The position numbers and the translations under genes are program-made. A stretch of 64,000 nt of DNA from Eledone cirrhosa (lineage: Eukaryota). Of this stretch, positions 1 to 13,644 are shown piece by piece; position 1 is the stretch's first letter, and every line of letters begins with the position of its first letter. The stretch lies in the NCBI GenBank assembly GCA_964016885.1, contig OZ024752.1:13888001-13952000 (forward strand), in the 5' to 3' direction. The notes below the pieces were generated by a model that ran no database searches, was not told the DNA's origin, and was given only the letters and a program-made list of their open reading frames with translations.

Positions 1-410
1 GAGGACCTCTATCATCCAAGAGTGACGAACAGAATCGAAAGCTTCCCTGTAGTCCAGCCAGACTGTAGCCATATTCCTCCTAAGTTGTCGCAGCTCCGAC
101 ATCGCAGTTTTGTTGGTTAGGAGTTGTTCAGCACATCCCCAAACCCCTTTTTTTCCAGCTGCTTGTTCATCGGTGATGATGTTATTATTTTCACAGTGAT
201 CTTGGATGAATAGGCTCAGGCAGCCTGTATACATCTTATACATCAGGTTCTGGCAGGCAATGGGTCGGTAGTTTTTTGCCAGATGGGTGTCTTTGTTCTT
301 GCGGACTAGTAATGTTTGTGCTAATGTCAACCATTCTGGTATAAGTGTATCTCCCTTAAGAACTTGTTGGTTCAGGTCGGTAAGATACCTTCGATAGAAT
401 GTCAGTAGAA
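1..410 (-). mobile_element. R4/Dong-clade non-LTR retrotransposon, reverse transcriptase fragment (5'-truncated, runs off window edge)
   Basis: Manual minus-strand translation is open: [36 protein letters not shown]...[14 protein letters not shown]...[17 protein letters not shown]...[26 protein letters not shown] and WxDYxxAFDSV are non-LTR RT motifs in R4/Dong style. The 5' break abuts a TA/TATG microsatellite. Confidence 0.85.
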
Positions 411-905
411 TATGTATGTATGTGTGTGTATATATGTATATGTGCATGCGTATATGTGCATGCGTATATGTGTATAAGTATATATGTATATGTATATATG
501 TATATGTATAAGTACATATGTATAAGTATATATGTATGTGTATATGTATATATATGTATGTGTATATGTATATATGTATATGTATGTATATGTATGCATA
601 TATGTATGTATATATGTGCATATGTATATATGTGCATATGTATATATGTGCATATGTATATGTGCATATGTATATATGTGCATATGTATATATGTGTATA
701 TGTATATATGTGTATATGTATATATGTGTATATGTATATATGTGTATATGTATATATGTGTATATGTATATATGTATATGTGTATATGTGTATGTATGTA
801 TGTGTGTATATGTATATGTGTGTATGTGTATGTGTTTATATGTATATATACATAATGTATATTTGAATGTATATATATATATATATATATATGTATATTT
901 ATATG
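411..905. repeat. compound (TA)n/(TATG)n/(TGTA)n microsatellite
   Basis: Direct inspection. Overlapping Y/I/V/C/M-only ORFs are artefacts. Confidence 0.95.
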
Positions 906-1444
906 TGTGTGAATGTAGTGACCAAAGTTAACAGCACAAAGCAATCGATGAACAATTAAAAGATTATCACAGCGCACCATTTGTTCCTTCTGCCTTCCTC
1001 ACGTGCAGTATCACACCTCTTGGTCCAGCTGACAGATTAGATCTGATTATATGGGCTTTGTAAGGAAATAAATTGTTCGTTACTAATAAGTAACCATTTA
1101 GTTAAAACGTTAATATGTATTATTTTACTTTGATCTCTGAGTTTATTGCCCTTGCTTGTGATTAATACTGTTATCAAAGAAACCACAGTGAAGTAATCAT
1201 CTACTTAATCAACCTCCTAGTTTGCTCGTTTGACTTTTGTAGCGTTTCAGTTGGGTTGGGGGCCACGGATCTAGTCATTTCTAATTTGGGTATTTTATGA
1301 AGTTATGAAAATATAACGTTGCTAACACCTTCGTTTAAAAACGTATTTTATATTCATCTACGGTGGATGGTTTTCTTACTGTATAATGTCGACCTACAGA
1401 TGTATACTATAGAATTGTTCAACAATTCGTCGATAATTACGAAG

Positions 1445-1633
1445 TAATAATTTTCTACTTTCGGCACAAGGCCAGCAATTACCCAGTGTATTACTGGTAC
1501 TTTATTTTATCGACAACGTAAGGATGAAAGGCAAAGTTAACCTCGGCTGGATTTGAACTCAGAATGGCAAGGGCCGTAACTCTATGCATCAAAGCATGGT
1601 GTCCGACCCTCTACCGATACTGCCAATCCACCA
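1445..1633 (-). mobile_element. tRNA-derived SINE, family 1 (Meta-domain-like core)
   Basis: The reverse complement reads GGTGGATTGGCAGTATCGGTAG (A-box-like)...GAGTTCAAATCC (B box)...GTTAACTTTGCCTTTCATCCTT...GTCGATAAAATAAAGTACCAGT and ends in an AT-rich tail. More than 20 full or partial copies occur in the window. Confidence 0.9.
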
Positions 1634-1920
1634 ATGATAAAATATATAAAAACGTGAGCAAATTATGTATATTTCTGCAATTATTCGCTCTAATATGTAA
1701 TGGAGTTTTGAACTAGAGAAGCCTAATAGTTAAATATACTGAATAGAATAGAACGAACCCCCGTCGATTTCGGCGATGAGTGTCCCAATCAATTATTTCC
1801 TTGATCTCATTAGTGATGTGGCCACACAAAGGAATTCTTGTTACTTTCTAATGGCAAGATCTGTATCTTGCTGAGCATGTCCAACGTTCTAACGATTCAA
1901 CCAATCCACCGCCACTTTCT

Positions 1921-2116
1921 AATAATTGTTTCTACTTTTGGCACAAGACCAGCAATTATCCCATTGCATTACTGGTACTTTATTTTATCTACCCCGTAAG
2001 GATGAAAGGCAAATTTAACCTTGGCGAGATTTGAACTCAGACCGTAAATGGTCATAACTCAAGTCTGCAAAGTATGGTATCTGACGCTCTACCGATTCTG
2101 CCAAAAATCCACCCCC
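1921..2116 (-). mobile_element. SINE family 1 copy
   Basis: Same head, B box and core as 1445-1633. Confidence 0.9.
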
Positions 2117-2239
2117 TTTTCTGATAATAATATTAAACCTATCAGTAATTCAGAAGGTAGGTCAATTATGTTCAGTTGAGTGGGATAACAATTTATTAGA
2201 TTGCCGTATATTAGGGATAATTATTTAGTCATTGTGATA

Positions 2240-2575
2240 GCACGATGCTTAGTGGTTAGAAAATTGGGTTCGCAATTGTGAGGTTGCGAGTTCAATTCCC
2301 GGATCAGGTGATGTCTCATGTCCTTCAGGAAGACACTTTACTCCACGTTGTTCTTTCTGCCAGGAATTGATAATTAGGCATTGTGAAGGAAGTTCTGATT
2401 CCTTCATTATTGCATTCCAGCAATATAAAGACCAATGGAGACATTGTTTCCTTGGTTTGATTTGAGGAGTTTCTCCGTAAATGAACGAGGACTGGAAACC
2501 GACCGATCGATTCGCTCGATTTATTCGTTACTAGAAGGTGCAAACGTTTCGTTGACACTGAAGAAATTTGCATTT
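2240..2575 (+). mobile_element. tRNA-derived SINE, family 2 (CORE-like central domain)
   Basis: TAGTGGTTAG A box, GAGTTCAATTCCC B box, then TGTCCTTCAGGAAGACACTTTACTCCACGTTG. Homologous to 7532-7750. Confidence 0.75.
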
Positions 2576-2592
2576 AGTCTGTTGTAAATGAA

Positions 2593-2776
2593 TAATTGTT
2601 TCTACTTTAGGCACAAGGCCAGCAATTACCCAGTCTATTACTGGTACTTTATTTTATCGACCCCGTAAGGATGAAAGGCAAAGTAAACCTCGGCGGGATT
2701 TGAACTCAGACTGTAAAGGGACGTAACTATACTGGAAAGCAAGGTGTCCGACTCTCTACCGATACTGCCAATCCCC
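2593..2776 (-). mobile_element. SINE family 1 copy
   Basis: Same motifs as 1445-1633. Confidence 0.9.
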
Positions 2777-3395
2777 GAATATACACCATTATGAAATCAA
2801 TTATGTAAATTAATATCTTAGCTCTAGATTTTCGATAGTCACAATCATCTCTAACCCAGCAGACCTATTACGATTGGAGTTCCAGATGTGGCTAGTTGGT
2901 TTAGTTTTTCTAAATATATCCAATGGGTCTTACCTACATTAAGCCGGTAAGGTGTGCTATTTGGTTGCTGTTGAAAATATTTTAACAACAATCTAATGCA
3001 AAATAATTTCTTCGTGATTCTACTTAAACATATGAATAGAGACTTATACTCTCCTTCTAGAAAGCTTGCAGAAGATGTCAAGAAAGGCAATTATTTGAGA
3101 AGCTGAATAAAATTGGTTCCTATGCTGAGAGCACATTCGCTTTCAATTCATAACAATGTCAAGAAAACTATCTCAATGATAACAAGCCAATAAAGGAAGA
3201 AATCAAAGCCTACTTCATACTGTCAAATTAATGAATCAAGAAACACAGTTTTGACGAACGGGAGAGAGCAGGGGGCAGAGAGAGAGAGAATGGGGCAGAG
3301 AGAATGAAATAACTGGAGAATATGAGAGTGAGATCTTCTAGGAAGAGAGCCGTTTTAAATAGAAAAAACATACTGTCGATATGAATAATACAGCA

Positions 3396-3770
3396 TTAAG
3401 CTGGGATTGTAAAACCGAAAGTATTTATATAGTTGAAGCATCTTTTCCAAAATTCTGTCTTAAAACACATTTGGTTGTTATTGACAATCAATTCATTTCC
3501 ATGATTACATCTCAAGGAAGTTAATTCCAGTTTATTTGTGAATGGTGTAGTGACTATGTCCTTCAGATTACAGGTGTCTACTACAAAACGTATGTCGAAG
3601 TGGAAGAAAGGACACGATTCATTCATAAAACTTCACACGGTTTAACCATCCGATTCTTCATTATCAACGTCAATTACGTCATCATCAATCTCTAATTCTT
3701 CATCGTCAACTTCAATTTCGTATTCATCCGTTTCAATTTCGTCAACGTAAAATATCAGTTTCGTCGTTAC
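3396..3770 (-). pseudogene. degenerate coding remnant with acidic tract (possible DNA-transposase N-terminus)
   Basis: YVDEIETDEYEIEVDDEELEIDDDVIDVDNEESDG* is in frame, across two stops, with the 76-aa ORF at 3396-3626. No catalytic motif is recognisable. Confidence 0.3.
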
Positions 3771-4385
3771 TATGGAGTGGATGAGCTTGGAGCGATGTTT
3801 GTATTATAAAGGTATTGGCATCAATGTTTATGTTCCAGAATTGTAAAAGAATGAAATCATTTTAAAGTTTTGAAATGGATTACACATTTTGTAAAAAAAA
3901 AAAAAAAAAAAATTCCCTGTAGCTTCTTCCAACATTAATTACCGTAAACTAGCAGAAAAAGCACCCTTCGGGTAGTTTTCTGCTGGCATGTGTAGTGTGC
4001 AAATTGATATTATACGCAAATACATATCCATGTAGATATGATACATTAAATAAAATCATAATTGGCAATATGCACATAAATTGAACGAAGTCTGAGTTAC
4101 ACTGTCTTCTGTAATCAGTAAAGTAATCCATGATACATTAAATAAAAGACGATATTATATATAAACTGCATATATGATAAAGTAAAATGTTATGAAAATG
4201 AAAAGGGAGAAAATTAGCGACTGAAATATAAACCCTATATACCGATGCAAATATGTGAGCGTTTGTATAAGCGATATGATATAGCGTCCGTTATATCATA
4301 ACCGGACGTGTTGACATTTGAAAATTTTAAAGAAATGAATCTTAAAATAAGTAATACTTTTTATATAAGATTATTTATGTTTAAG

Positions 4386-4575
4386 GGCGGTGGATTGGCA
4401 GTATCGGTAGAGGGTCGGACGCCATGCTTTCCAGCATAGTTACGTCCCTTTACGGTCTGAGTTCGAATCCCGCCGAGGTTAACTTTGCCTTTAATCCTTA
4501 CGGGGTCGATAAAATAAAGTACCAGTAATGTACTGGGTAATTGATGGCCTTGTGCCAAAAGAGGAAACAATTATT
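4386..4575 (+). mobile_element. SINE family 1 copy (full length)
   Basis: GGCGGTGGATTGGCAGTATCGGTAGAG...GAGTTCGAATCCCGCCGAGGTTAACTTTGCC...TTGTGCCAAAAG. Confidence 0.9.
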
Positions 4576-4699
4576 TATGTTTAATGAAGAGCTACGAAAT
4601 TTAGTAGATAAATTACATTATATTCATTCATAATTTATTCAAAGTAATCCAACTTATTTTACTAACGATATAAAAAAAATATAAAACGGAGGCTGTTCC

Positions 4700-5062
4700 G
4701 CACTTCTCCCTATTTCTTTTTCGACGTATTACTGAGAGGGTCGTAGGCTGGATCCTCAAGCGAGACCGCCTAGCTCTCAGGTTATCCAACCATTTTGCTC
4801 TGGGTCTACCCCCAGGTCCCCTGCCGGTTGGTTTTTATCGTAAAATCTGTCCAGTGATTCTTTCCTGAGACATTCTAGCCACATGCCCATACTATCAGAG
4901 CTATGATCTCTCAATTCGGAGGAGTATCAGTTCTACCTGGAGTGACTCTCTGAGCTCCGAGCTACGCACTCTATCGAACAACATTACTCCAAAGCCCCTT
5001 CGGAGGAACTCCATTTCGGCCACTTGTATTTCCGATACTATTCTTTCGTTCATTACCTAAGA
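4700..5062 (-). mobile_element. RTE-clade LINE 3' fragment (degenerate)
   Basis: Translates VMNERIVSEIQVAEMEFLRR...DRVRSSELRESL...LLRIERS*L**YGHVARM...GRPRAKWLDNL, a typical RTE C-terminus with stop codons. Confidence 0.85.
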
Positions 5063-6399
5063 TACATAAATCCACAGAGTGCATGACATACAAATAATGT
5101 TATTTATTTTTTGCGTTTAACACTCCTTAAATACTCCTAAACTGCAGCGCAATTATCTTCAGTAAACCAAGTTCACATCTTCTTTAAACATCTAATTGTT
5201 GTCCGTGTGGAGGCCATTTAGTATTGATATCATCAGTCCATTTACTTCTCAGAACTTGTTAGGAAAATTTGGATATGAAAATATCGCGTGAGAGGAAATA
5301 CAAAAATATGATTTACGTTTAAAATCAGATATCAATTAAACATGAAAGCTTATGATTACTGAGGAGTTAATTAGTCTTCAAAGATTCACCTAATATTACC
5401 GTTCCAAATTCTATACATGCAGACAATTTTATGAAACAATTGCATAACAAACGCAGTGATGCTGTCTACAGCAAGAAAAAGTTACTAGATATTCAATAGA
5501 TGTTAGCAGAAATTGATATTGTAAACGTCATTCTAAATTAAGTTTATTTGAAATGATAAGGAGAAAAACGTCGTTCAGAATCCCTTGGGCAATTACAACA
5601 TTGCTAGGCTCACCGAATAAACGATATTTTTCATAAGTCAAGAAAGGAGAAATTGTGAATTAACTTCGTGTGAAGAAATAATGATACCTTAGAAACTGTC
5701 AATGAAATTTTACTCAATATGCTGGAAGTAAATATAATGCAAGTTTTCAAGTTTCATATTAGAACACAAGAACAGTAAAAGAACATTAGAATAACGAACG
5801 CCATCCCCCAAATTGCATCCCGAAGCATATTTTAATATCATTCTATGGTACAATTTAAAAAGACAATATATGTGATTCGGTTATGACCAAATGTTATATT
5901 CGTTAAAAAAAGTATATTGGTGGGAACAAAGCTGGAGACAAATAAATCAGTAACGAACAAATATTTCTTTTAGCATAATGAATATGTTAGCCGTTATAAA
6001 ATTGATAACTATGGAATGTCTAATGAAGGAAAAATTGCAGTATTATGGTAATATTAGCTAGTAACAATTGTTTTCCAGCAGATAGTATCGGGGAAATTGG
6101 CAGATATACTAATACAACAATATATCGATATATTAATGCAACAATATATCGTTTCGAGTTTTATGATATACACTTCATCGATCACACCATTACCACTAAC
6201 TAACTATTATAACTAGTAAATATTTCGTTTCCCCGCATTGGAATTCATTAGTTTATTCCTGTCCCTTCAAACCACGAGTCGTTAACTTATACTTTTATTT
6301 TTGCCATATGATCTCGAAAGATTTTGCCATATGATCTCGAAAGATTACTGCTAATTCACGAACTGAGCTAGATAAACGAACAGGTGTCAGCAGGATGGT

Positions 6400-6690
6400 G
6401 CAACATATGGAGAAAGTGAAAGCATCGTCGTGGAAATACGCCATCGACATCCGCTGTATGGCGCTTAATAGCGGGCCCCCTTTCTCGAGTCGGATACACC
6501 CCCTCCTAATTTGAGGGTGAAAATGACAGCTCTGTGCCTGAGGACACTAGGGGTCTCAGCAGTAACGGGTAAAAATACGAGTCGGTCGGTCAAATCTTGG
6601 TATAAGGATATTTTCCGCTCTTCTGCATTTCGGACGGCATTGCTCGGATTTGTGTTCGAAGTATATTCTGAATGTAAGAACAATTTATAT
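6400..6690 (-). mobile_element. CRE-like non-LTR retrotransposon, restriction-like endonuclease C-terminal remnant
   Basis: NAVRNAEERKISLYQDL...FLPVTAET...LG, then after a frameshift AIQRMSMA. Resembles the AExxKxxKY...FxPxAxET...QRxSxA pattern of RLE-type elements. Confidence 0.6.
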
Positions 6691-6778
6691 TACAAGGTGA
6701 GAAAATATAATATCGTAAAGAGCAATAGGTTAAAAGTCATACTTAGAAATTATAATTAGAAAATATAATAATAGACAT

Positions 6779-6815
<37 letters not shown>

Positions 6816-7096
6816 ACTAATAAAGGAAATTTCGTTATCTATAGCAGCATATAAACTAGGAGATAACTAAAGCCCCAACCACAAAAATAAAATAAAAAAG
6901 AATTATTAAAAGAGGAACACAGTTAAAGAATAAAATATGCGAAGGGTAAAACATATACTAGACTTTCTATGGATTTGAGTAAAGGATTTTAGGCACTAAA
7001 AAAACAGGGTCCGGAAATATTGGCTAATTTTCCTACTGCAATCTGGCTGGAAGAACTAGCGAATGATAGTCCATGGTAATGATTGTTGATGTACCA

Positions 7097-7362
7097 TAAT
7101 AATTGTTTCTATTTTTGGCACAAGGCCAGCAATTACCCAGTACATTACTGGTACTTTATTTTATCGACCCCGTAAGGATGAAATGCAAAGTTAACCTCGG
7201 CGGGATTTGAACTCAGTCCGATAATAATAATTGTTTCTACTTTTGGCACAAGGCCAGATATTACCCAATGCATTACTGGTACTTTATTCTATCGACCTCG
7301 GAAGGATGAAAGGCAAAGTAATAATAATAATTGTTTCTACTTTTGGCACAAGGCCAGCAATT
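7097..7362 (-). mobile_element. three adjacent 3' fragments of SINE family 1
   Basis: AATAATTGTTTCTAxTTTTGGCACAAGGCCAG recurs at about 7097, 7226 and 7326. Confidence 0.85.
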
Positions 7363-7531
7363 AATAATAATACATCTTGTCTGTTTAGATATTTACATAT
7401 AACTTTAAAATCTACACGGAAAATACGCATACACAACATACATTTATCTCTGTCATGTTGCTAAAATATGTTTGCTTTTCAATGAGACGGTACTGAATTA
7501 TTACACTACCCTATAATAGCGAGTATTGTGA

Positions 7532-7750
7532 AGGCGTGTGGCTGAGTGGTTAGAGAATTGAATTTGCAATTGTGAGATTGTTGAGTTCGATTCCCAGACC
7601 GGGTGATATGTTATGTCCTTGAGCAAGACACTTTATTTCACGTTGCTCCTTCTACATGTAGTTGCCACCGATAGATAGTATTAGCAATTGGAAAGACCAA
7701 TGGAAACATGTTTACCTTGGTCTGATTTGACGAAAGTCGATCGACTGTGG
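7532..7750 (+). mobile_element. SINE family 2 copy
   Basis: GGCGTGTGGCTGAGTGGTTAG...GAGTTCGATTCCC...GTCCTTGAGCAAGACACTTTATTTCACGTTGCTCC. Confidence 0.8.
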
Positions 7751-7819
7751 ATGTGTCTGTAAAGAGAGGAGTCGTGAAACATATACGTGTACGCCAGGTC
7801 CGAACTGAAAGGGACCATC

Positions 7820-8055
7820 TCCCATTGTCACCGTCTCTACCGCTCTCATCATCTCTCATTATTATGAGCAAAAGGGGGCCCACATGCTGGGCGCTCCGCG
7901 GACTGAATAGAGAAGGCGTTTCCCCGGAGGGAGGCGCGTTGGAAGAACCATTCCAGCTCGCGAGGATCACACCTGCGGGTAGCCAACTCTGCGCTGATGG
8001 TGGTCAATTACGAGGTGGCCCTAGGGCCAAATGACACCAGGAGTCTCCACTACAA
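7820..8055 (+). repeat. GC-rich dispersed repeat, unclassified (other copies 32915-33240 minus, 40130-40245, 44530-44810)
   Basis: The copies share TGAGCAAA-GGGG-CCCAC...AGAAGGCGTTTC...GGAAGAxCCAxTCCAxCTCGCGAG...AGTCTCCACT. Confidence 0.75.
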
Positions 8056-8194
8056 TGTTACTTATACATTTAATCCTATATGTCAATCCTATATGCTGCA
8101 ATTTAGATATAATTCTATCTTTATTAACTCCCACACGTCACTAACCAAATGAAACTATAGTATATATGCAAACTATTGTTTTATCGGAAAGCTT

Positions 8195-8385
8195 CTTAGG
8201 AATCGCTGGACAGATTTTATGAGCAAAGCAAGATGGTTGGATAACATCCATTAACTTGGCTGGTCATTCTTGGGGATCCAGCCGGATCAATTGGAAAAGG
8301 TTGTATTTGACAGCACTCGCTAGAAGGAGTGTTTGAGGATTCTGACCCCACGACCCTCTAAGTAATAAGTGGGTGAAGAAGAAGC
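8195..8385 (+). mobile_element. RTE LINE 3' end (same family as 4700-5062)
   Basis: GGACAGATTTTA...GATGGTTGGATAAC...GGATCCAGCC...CGACCCTCT matches the reverse complement of 4730-4860. Confidence 0.7.
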
Positions 8386-8414
8386 GTATTTCCCTGTAAT
8401 CCTGGTATATATAA

Positions 8415-8964
8415 ATGTTTCTCTTTTAGGCACAAGGCCAGCAATTATCCAGTACATTACTGGTACTTTATTTTATCGACCCCGTAAGGATGAAAGGCAA
8501 AGTTAACCTCGGCAGGATTGTATATATAACATGGAAAACCTATACTTCACACATTATATATGTTCAACACTATTAATGTTATTATTGACGGCACATATCC
8601 ACGAGTTTTAAATGACCTACGAACAGAGTGGTTGCCAGAGTCCTGTTAAATTAGTGTGGTGTTTTTGTTTGCCGGAAGAAAAAAAGATATATAGTGTATT
8701 CGATCGACCGGAAAAGCGATTAAAACATGATTTTGAATGAATTTAGTATATTGATTAGTGTGCAATGTATACATATTTTCTCAATGTGGCCATGTTGGGG
8801 GAAACTGTGAAGTAAACTAGACGCTGAGGTCATCAAATATATCACCTGCTGTGAGCCGTTTATCAATAAGTAAATAATTGTTTCTACTTTTGGCACAAGG
8901 CCAGCAATTATCCAGTACATTACTGGTACTTTATTTTATCGACCCTGTAAGTATGGAAGGCAAA
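8415..8964 (-). mobile_element. two SINE family 1 3' fragments (8415-8519, 8873-8964)
   Basis: Both contain GGCACAAGGCCAGCAATTATCCAGTACATTACTGGTAC. Confidence 0.85.
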
Positions 8965-9748
8965 TAATAGGTAATATATTGTACAGATACGTATTCCTGG
9001 AGCTAGTGTAAATCATTTTATCTAGTCAATCTCAGTGTTATCAGAATATTCTAGTGAAAGCTGTAGAAATATATATGTACATCGTGCGGAATTTTTATTT
9101 ATTTTGATAGACAATAATTTCTTAAAGCAACCCGTTTTCATTTCAGTTAACCATATTTATCAGTTATATCTGCTCAGATTGGATTAATGATCTTTTATCT
9201 TGAGCCACGTTCTGCTCATTACAGATATGTAACAATGAGTGGAGTTTAGTCTTCTTTTTATGAACAGCAGCCATATTGGAATGATTTCGGGGATATGTTT
9301 AATGGTTTTTGTCATAGTCACATCACTCAGTGAATGTTTGGTTTAATTGTATTGTAACGAAAACTATTTTTATTTCAAAACATTTGTTAATCCAGGAATT
9401 ACATAAATATGAAAAGGAAAACTAAAAACAAAATTAAAAATTGAGAAAAAGCGGTTGAGATAAAGAAGGAAAGTTTGGTTGCATGGGAAAGTAGATGGCG
9501 CCTACATCTATTTAATATTTCTGTCATACCTGGTTATATTTCACTGTCAATAACATGTAATACCGACACTTTATCTCAGATGAGAACGATTACAATGATA
9601 TCTGAAAAAAGAAAATTCAAATTAGAAACAGGATAAATTCAACTCTCAAACACACGCAGACATTAATGTATTATTCATACACAGGAAACACATCTAGAAG
9701 TTAATGAAAATATTCACAAACTCAATAAATGTTAAGATTAATTATACC

Positions 9749-9829
<81 letters not shown>

Positions 9830-9844
9830 TATATATATAATATA

Positions 9845-10322
9845 AGATCAAAAGATGGTTAAAAGAGTTCCATGTATTTTATTATGCGCATTTCAAATAC
9901 AAATATCATCATGCGATGACATTTGCGTTTTCGTCAGATAAAATAGGGAGACATGATATGAAAGTTAAAAAACACTTGTGAATAGTGCAGTTTTAAATCA
10001 ACATATGAAAAGTAGTTTAAGATTGATGTGTGATATTGGGAAAAAATGAGGGGGGGGGAGGAGGAAAAAGAGGAGGAGATGAGAGTAAAGAATGGAGGGG
10101 GAAGTGTATAATAAGGAAGGATGAGATAGGAGAAGAGATGGGTGATAGAGAGAGAGAGATAGCTTTTATAATTGACAAAAATATATTGTTTTACAGAGAG
10201 AGGTTAAAAAACCGTTGGAAGATAATATATAAATTAACGAAGAGAAAAAATTAAGAATATCTTCGTTAATTTTCAAATTCTTTTAATTTATATATTATCT
10301 GCCAACGGTTTTTTAACCTCTC
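9845..10322 (-). mobile_element. PLE-type terminal fragment, family C, with fold-back end
   Basis: Reverse complement of 12921-13322. 10260-10322 folds back onto 10196-10243. Flanked by (TA)n and carries an HHR motif. Confidence 0.8.
9875..9945 (-). ncRNA. type I hammerhead ribozyme, family C
   Basis: The reverse complement reads UAUUUUAU-CUGACGA-AAAC GCAAAUGUCAUC gcau GAUGAUAUUUGU AUUU-GAAA-UGCGCA-UA/AUAAAAUA. It has an 8-bp stem I and a palindromic stem III. Confidence 0.85.
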
Positions 10323-10420
10323 TTATATATATATATATATATATTTCTATATATATATTTCTATATATATATTTCTATATATATATTTATATATATATAT
10401 ATATATATAAATATATATAT

Positions 10421-10688
10421 ATTGTTATACTTTGGGAGGGTCATGTCGCCAATAAGAAACACACGCACCAGTTGCTTTCCCTTCAATTTATTATAATAAA
10501 TTTATAAATTTAGGAATTTATAAATTTCCGGTTGGTTGGGTGGTTCCACAACCAGATGGTTGTTTATATATTGTCAAAGTTCTTTCGTCACACATTCTGT
10601 GACCTCTTCAGTGACTGGGGATTCTTTTCTTTGTTTTTGTGCCTCTCCTTTGTTCTGTCCTACGCCATCTTGTTTCTGTGTGTGTGTT
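10421..10688 (-). mobile_element. PLE 3' terminal fragment, family D
   Basis: Close match to 26183-26455, the 3' UTR of the GIY-YIG ORF at 26583-27360. Confidence 0.85.
10573..10615 (-). ncRNA. minimal hammerhead-like motif, family D
   Basis: The reverse complement reads GUCA-CUGAAGA-G-GUCACA gaaug UGUGAC-GAAA-GAAC-UU/UGAC, with one extra nucleotide after A9 and a 2-bp stem III. Confidence 0.6.
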
Positions 10689-10690
10689 GT

Positions 10691-11025
10691 CCTCATCTGA
10701 AATCACATCTGATCTGTAACTGGATTGACATTCCTATGCTAACTCAACCGCCTTGAACTCCTTCTCTGCTCATTACTTCTACTACGGTTTTTTTAACTGC
10801 TGAATCCACGTTCTGTACTCTTGTATTCTCTTTCTCCCTTATCACCCCTTATATTTAAACCTTTTCCTATGTCATTTCCCCCCCCCCCTTTTTTGCCTTA
10901 CCCTTCACATACCAAACATTTTTTTATTTTTAGATATTAATTTTTTATATAATGGTTTTGTGTGTTTTTATATAATAGCCTCAGAAAAGGCTTGAGCTCT
11001 GCCGTAGGGTCAGGCTTCTTCCTAT
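10691..11025 (+). mobile_element. 3' terminal fragment with family F-type end (HHR-less, double-hairpin)
   Basis: Ends ATAGCC...GGCTTGAGCTCTGCCGTAGGGTC, shared with 31953-31990, then runs into TG/TA repeat. Confidence 0.6.
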
Positions 11026-11034
11026 GTGTGTGTT

Positions 11035-11071
<37 letters not shown>

Positions 11072-11140
11072 AAAAAGAGATGAAATCGAAAATGCAACTG
11101 AAGTCTTATTTTTTTAAAAAATATATATATTTATTTGGTT

Positions 11141-11178
11141 CCTTTACCCGTTTCGCAGTTCTTCTGCTTTTCAAAAGG
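11141..11178 (-). ncRNA. minimal type I hammerhead, U3-A8 core variant (family G)
   Basis: The reverse complement reads CCUU-UUGAAAA-GCAG aagaa CUGC-GAAA-CGGG-UA/AAGG, followed by AAUAAA. Confidence 0.7.
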
Positions 11179-11209
11179 TGAGTTGAGATGGAGGGTCTGT
11201 GGTTTTTCT

Positions 11210-12700
<1,491 letters not shown>

Positions 12701-12759
12701 TTTATTTTATTTTTCCTTTCCTTCTTCTTTATCCAGCCTCACTTTAATATAGATTGCAT

Positions 12760-13413
12760 TTTTGTTTTTATAATCCAATATCAATAAATAGACCTGGATT
12801 TTTTCATTCTGATGATTGAAAGCAACCTTTTTTGACGTTAGAACATTCATCCGGAATTCATTATTTTCTTCTCTCTATCATCAAACTCATTATTCTCAAT
12901 ACATATTAACTCCCTCTCCCTCTTCGTTAATTTTCAAATTCTTTTAATTTATACATTATCTTCCAACGGTTTTCAACCTCTCTATGTAAAACAATATATC
13001 TTTCTCAGTTATAAAAACTATCTCTCTCTCTCTATCACCCATCTCTCCTCCTATCTCATCCTTCCTCATTATATTCATCTCCTCCTTTTTTTTATCTCCC
13101 CCCTCTAAATAAAATATTTTTTCCCAATATCACACATCAATCTAAAACTACTTCTCATATGTTGATTTAAAACTGCACTATCCACAAGTATTTTTTAGCC
13201 TTCATATCATGTCCTCCTGTTTTATCTGATGAAAACACAAATATTATTGCATGATGATGTTTGTTTTTGAAATGCGCATAATAAAATACATAGAACTCCT
13301 TTAACCATCTTCTGTTCTTATATATTATGTATACTCAAGTCCTACAAACTGTAGAGTGCTTCTTATCCGATATCTGCATTGCTTTATTGTACTACAATAA
13401 AACTCACCTCCTA
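12760..13413 (+). mobile_element. PLE-type 3' terminus, family C, with ~90-nt tail
   Basis: 12921-13322 is an inverted homolog of 9845-10250. 13323-13413 is extra sequence before (TA)n. Confidence 0.8.
13219..13288 (+). ncRNA. type I hammerhead ribozyme, family C
   Basis: GUUUUAU-CUGAUGA-AAAC ACAAAUAUUAUU gcau GAUGAUGUUUGU UUUU-GAAA-UGCGCA-UA/AUAAAAU. Confidence 0.85.
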
Positions 13414-13644
13414 CATATATATATATATATTTATATATATATATATATATATATATGCAGATAAATCTACCAAGAGTTTACGGTAGTGTCCAATCCGTAT
13501 GAAGAACTCAATGTATTCCGGATATCATGGAAAGAAGAGATGTAATGAAAATCCACTTTCGGTGAAAGATAAACGGTATACAGAGTCAAGATAAAATATT
13601 AAACAAATAATGAATAAACAATTCCTTATATTAAACAAAAAAAT

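Noticed and set aside
4386-4475. tRNA genes at SINE heads
   Set aside because: A and B boxes are present but there is no intact cloverleaf, and they are always fused to the SINE body.
6299-6346. 23-bp direct duplication TTTTGCCATATGATCTCGAAAGA
   Set aside because: A simple local tandem duplication with nothing inserted between the copies.
7638-8034. GC-rich ORFs of 95-110 aa (also 32942-33236, 44579-44827)
   Set aside because: They lie in a dispersed repeat, the frames are not maintained between copies and no domain is recognisable.
12809-12830. CTGATGA-TT-GAAA hammerhead-like core
   Set aside because: No stem II and no supportable stems I or III.
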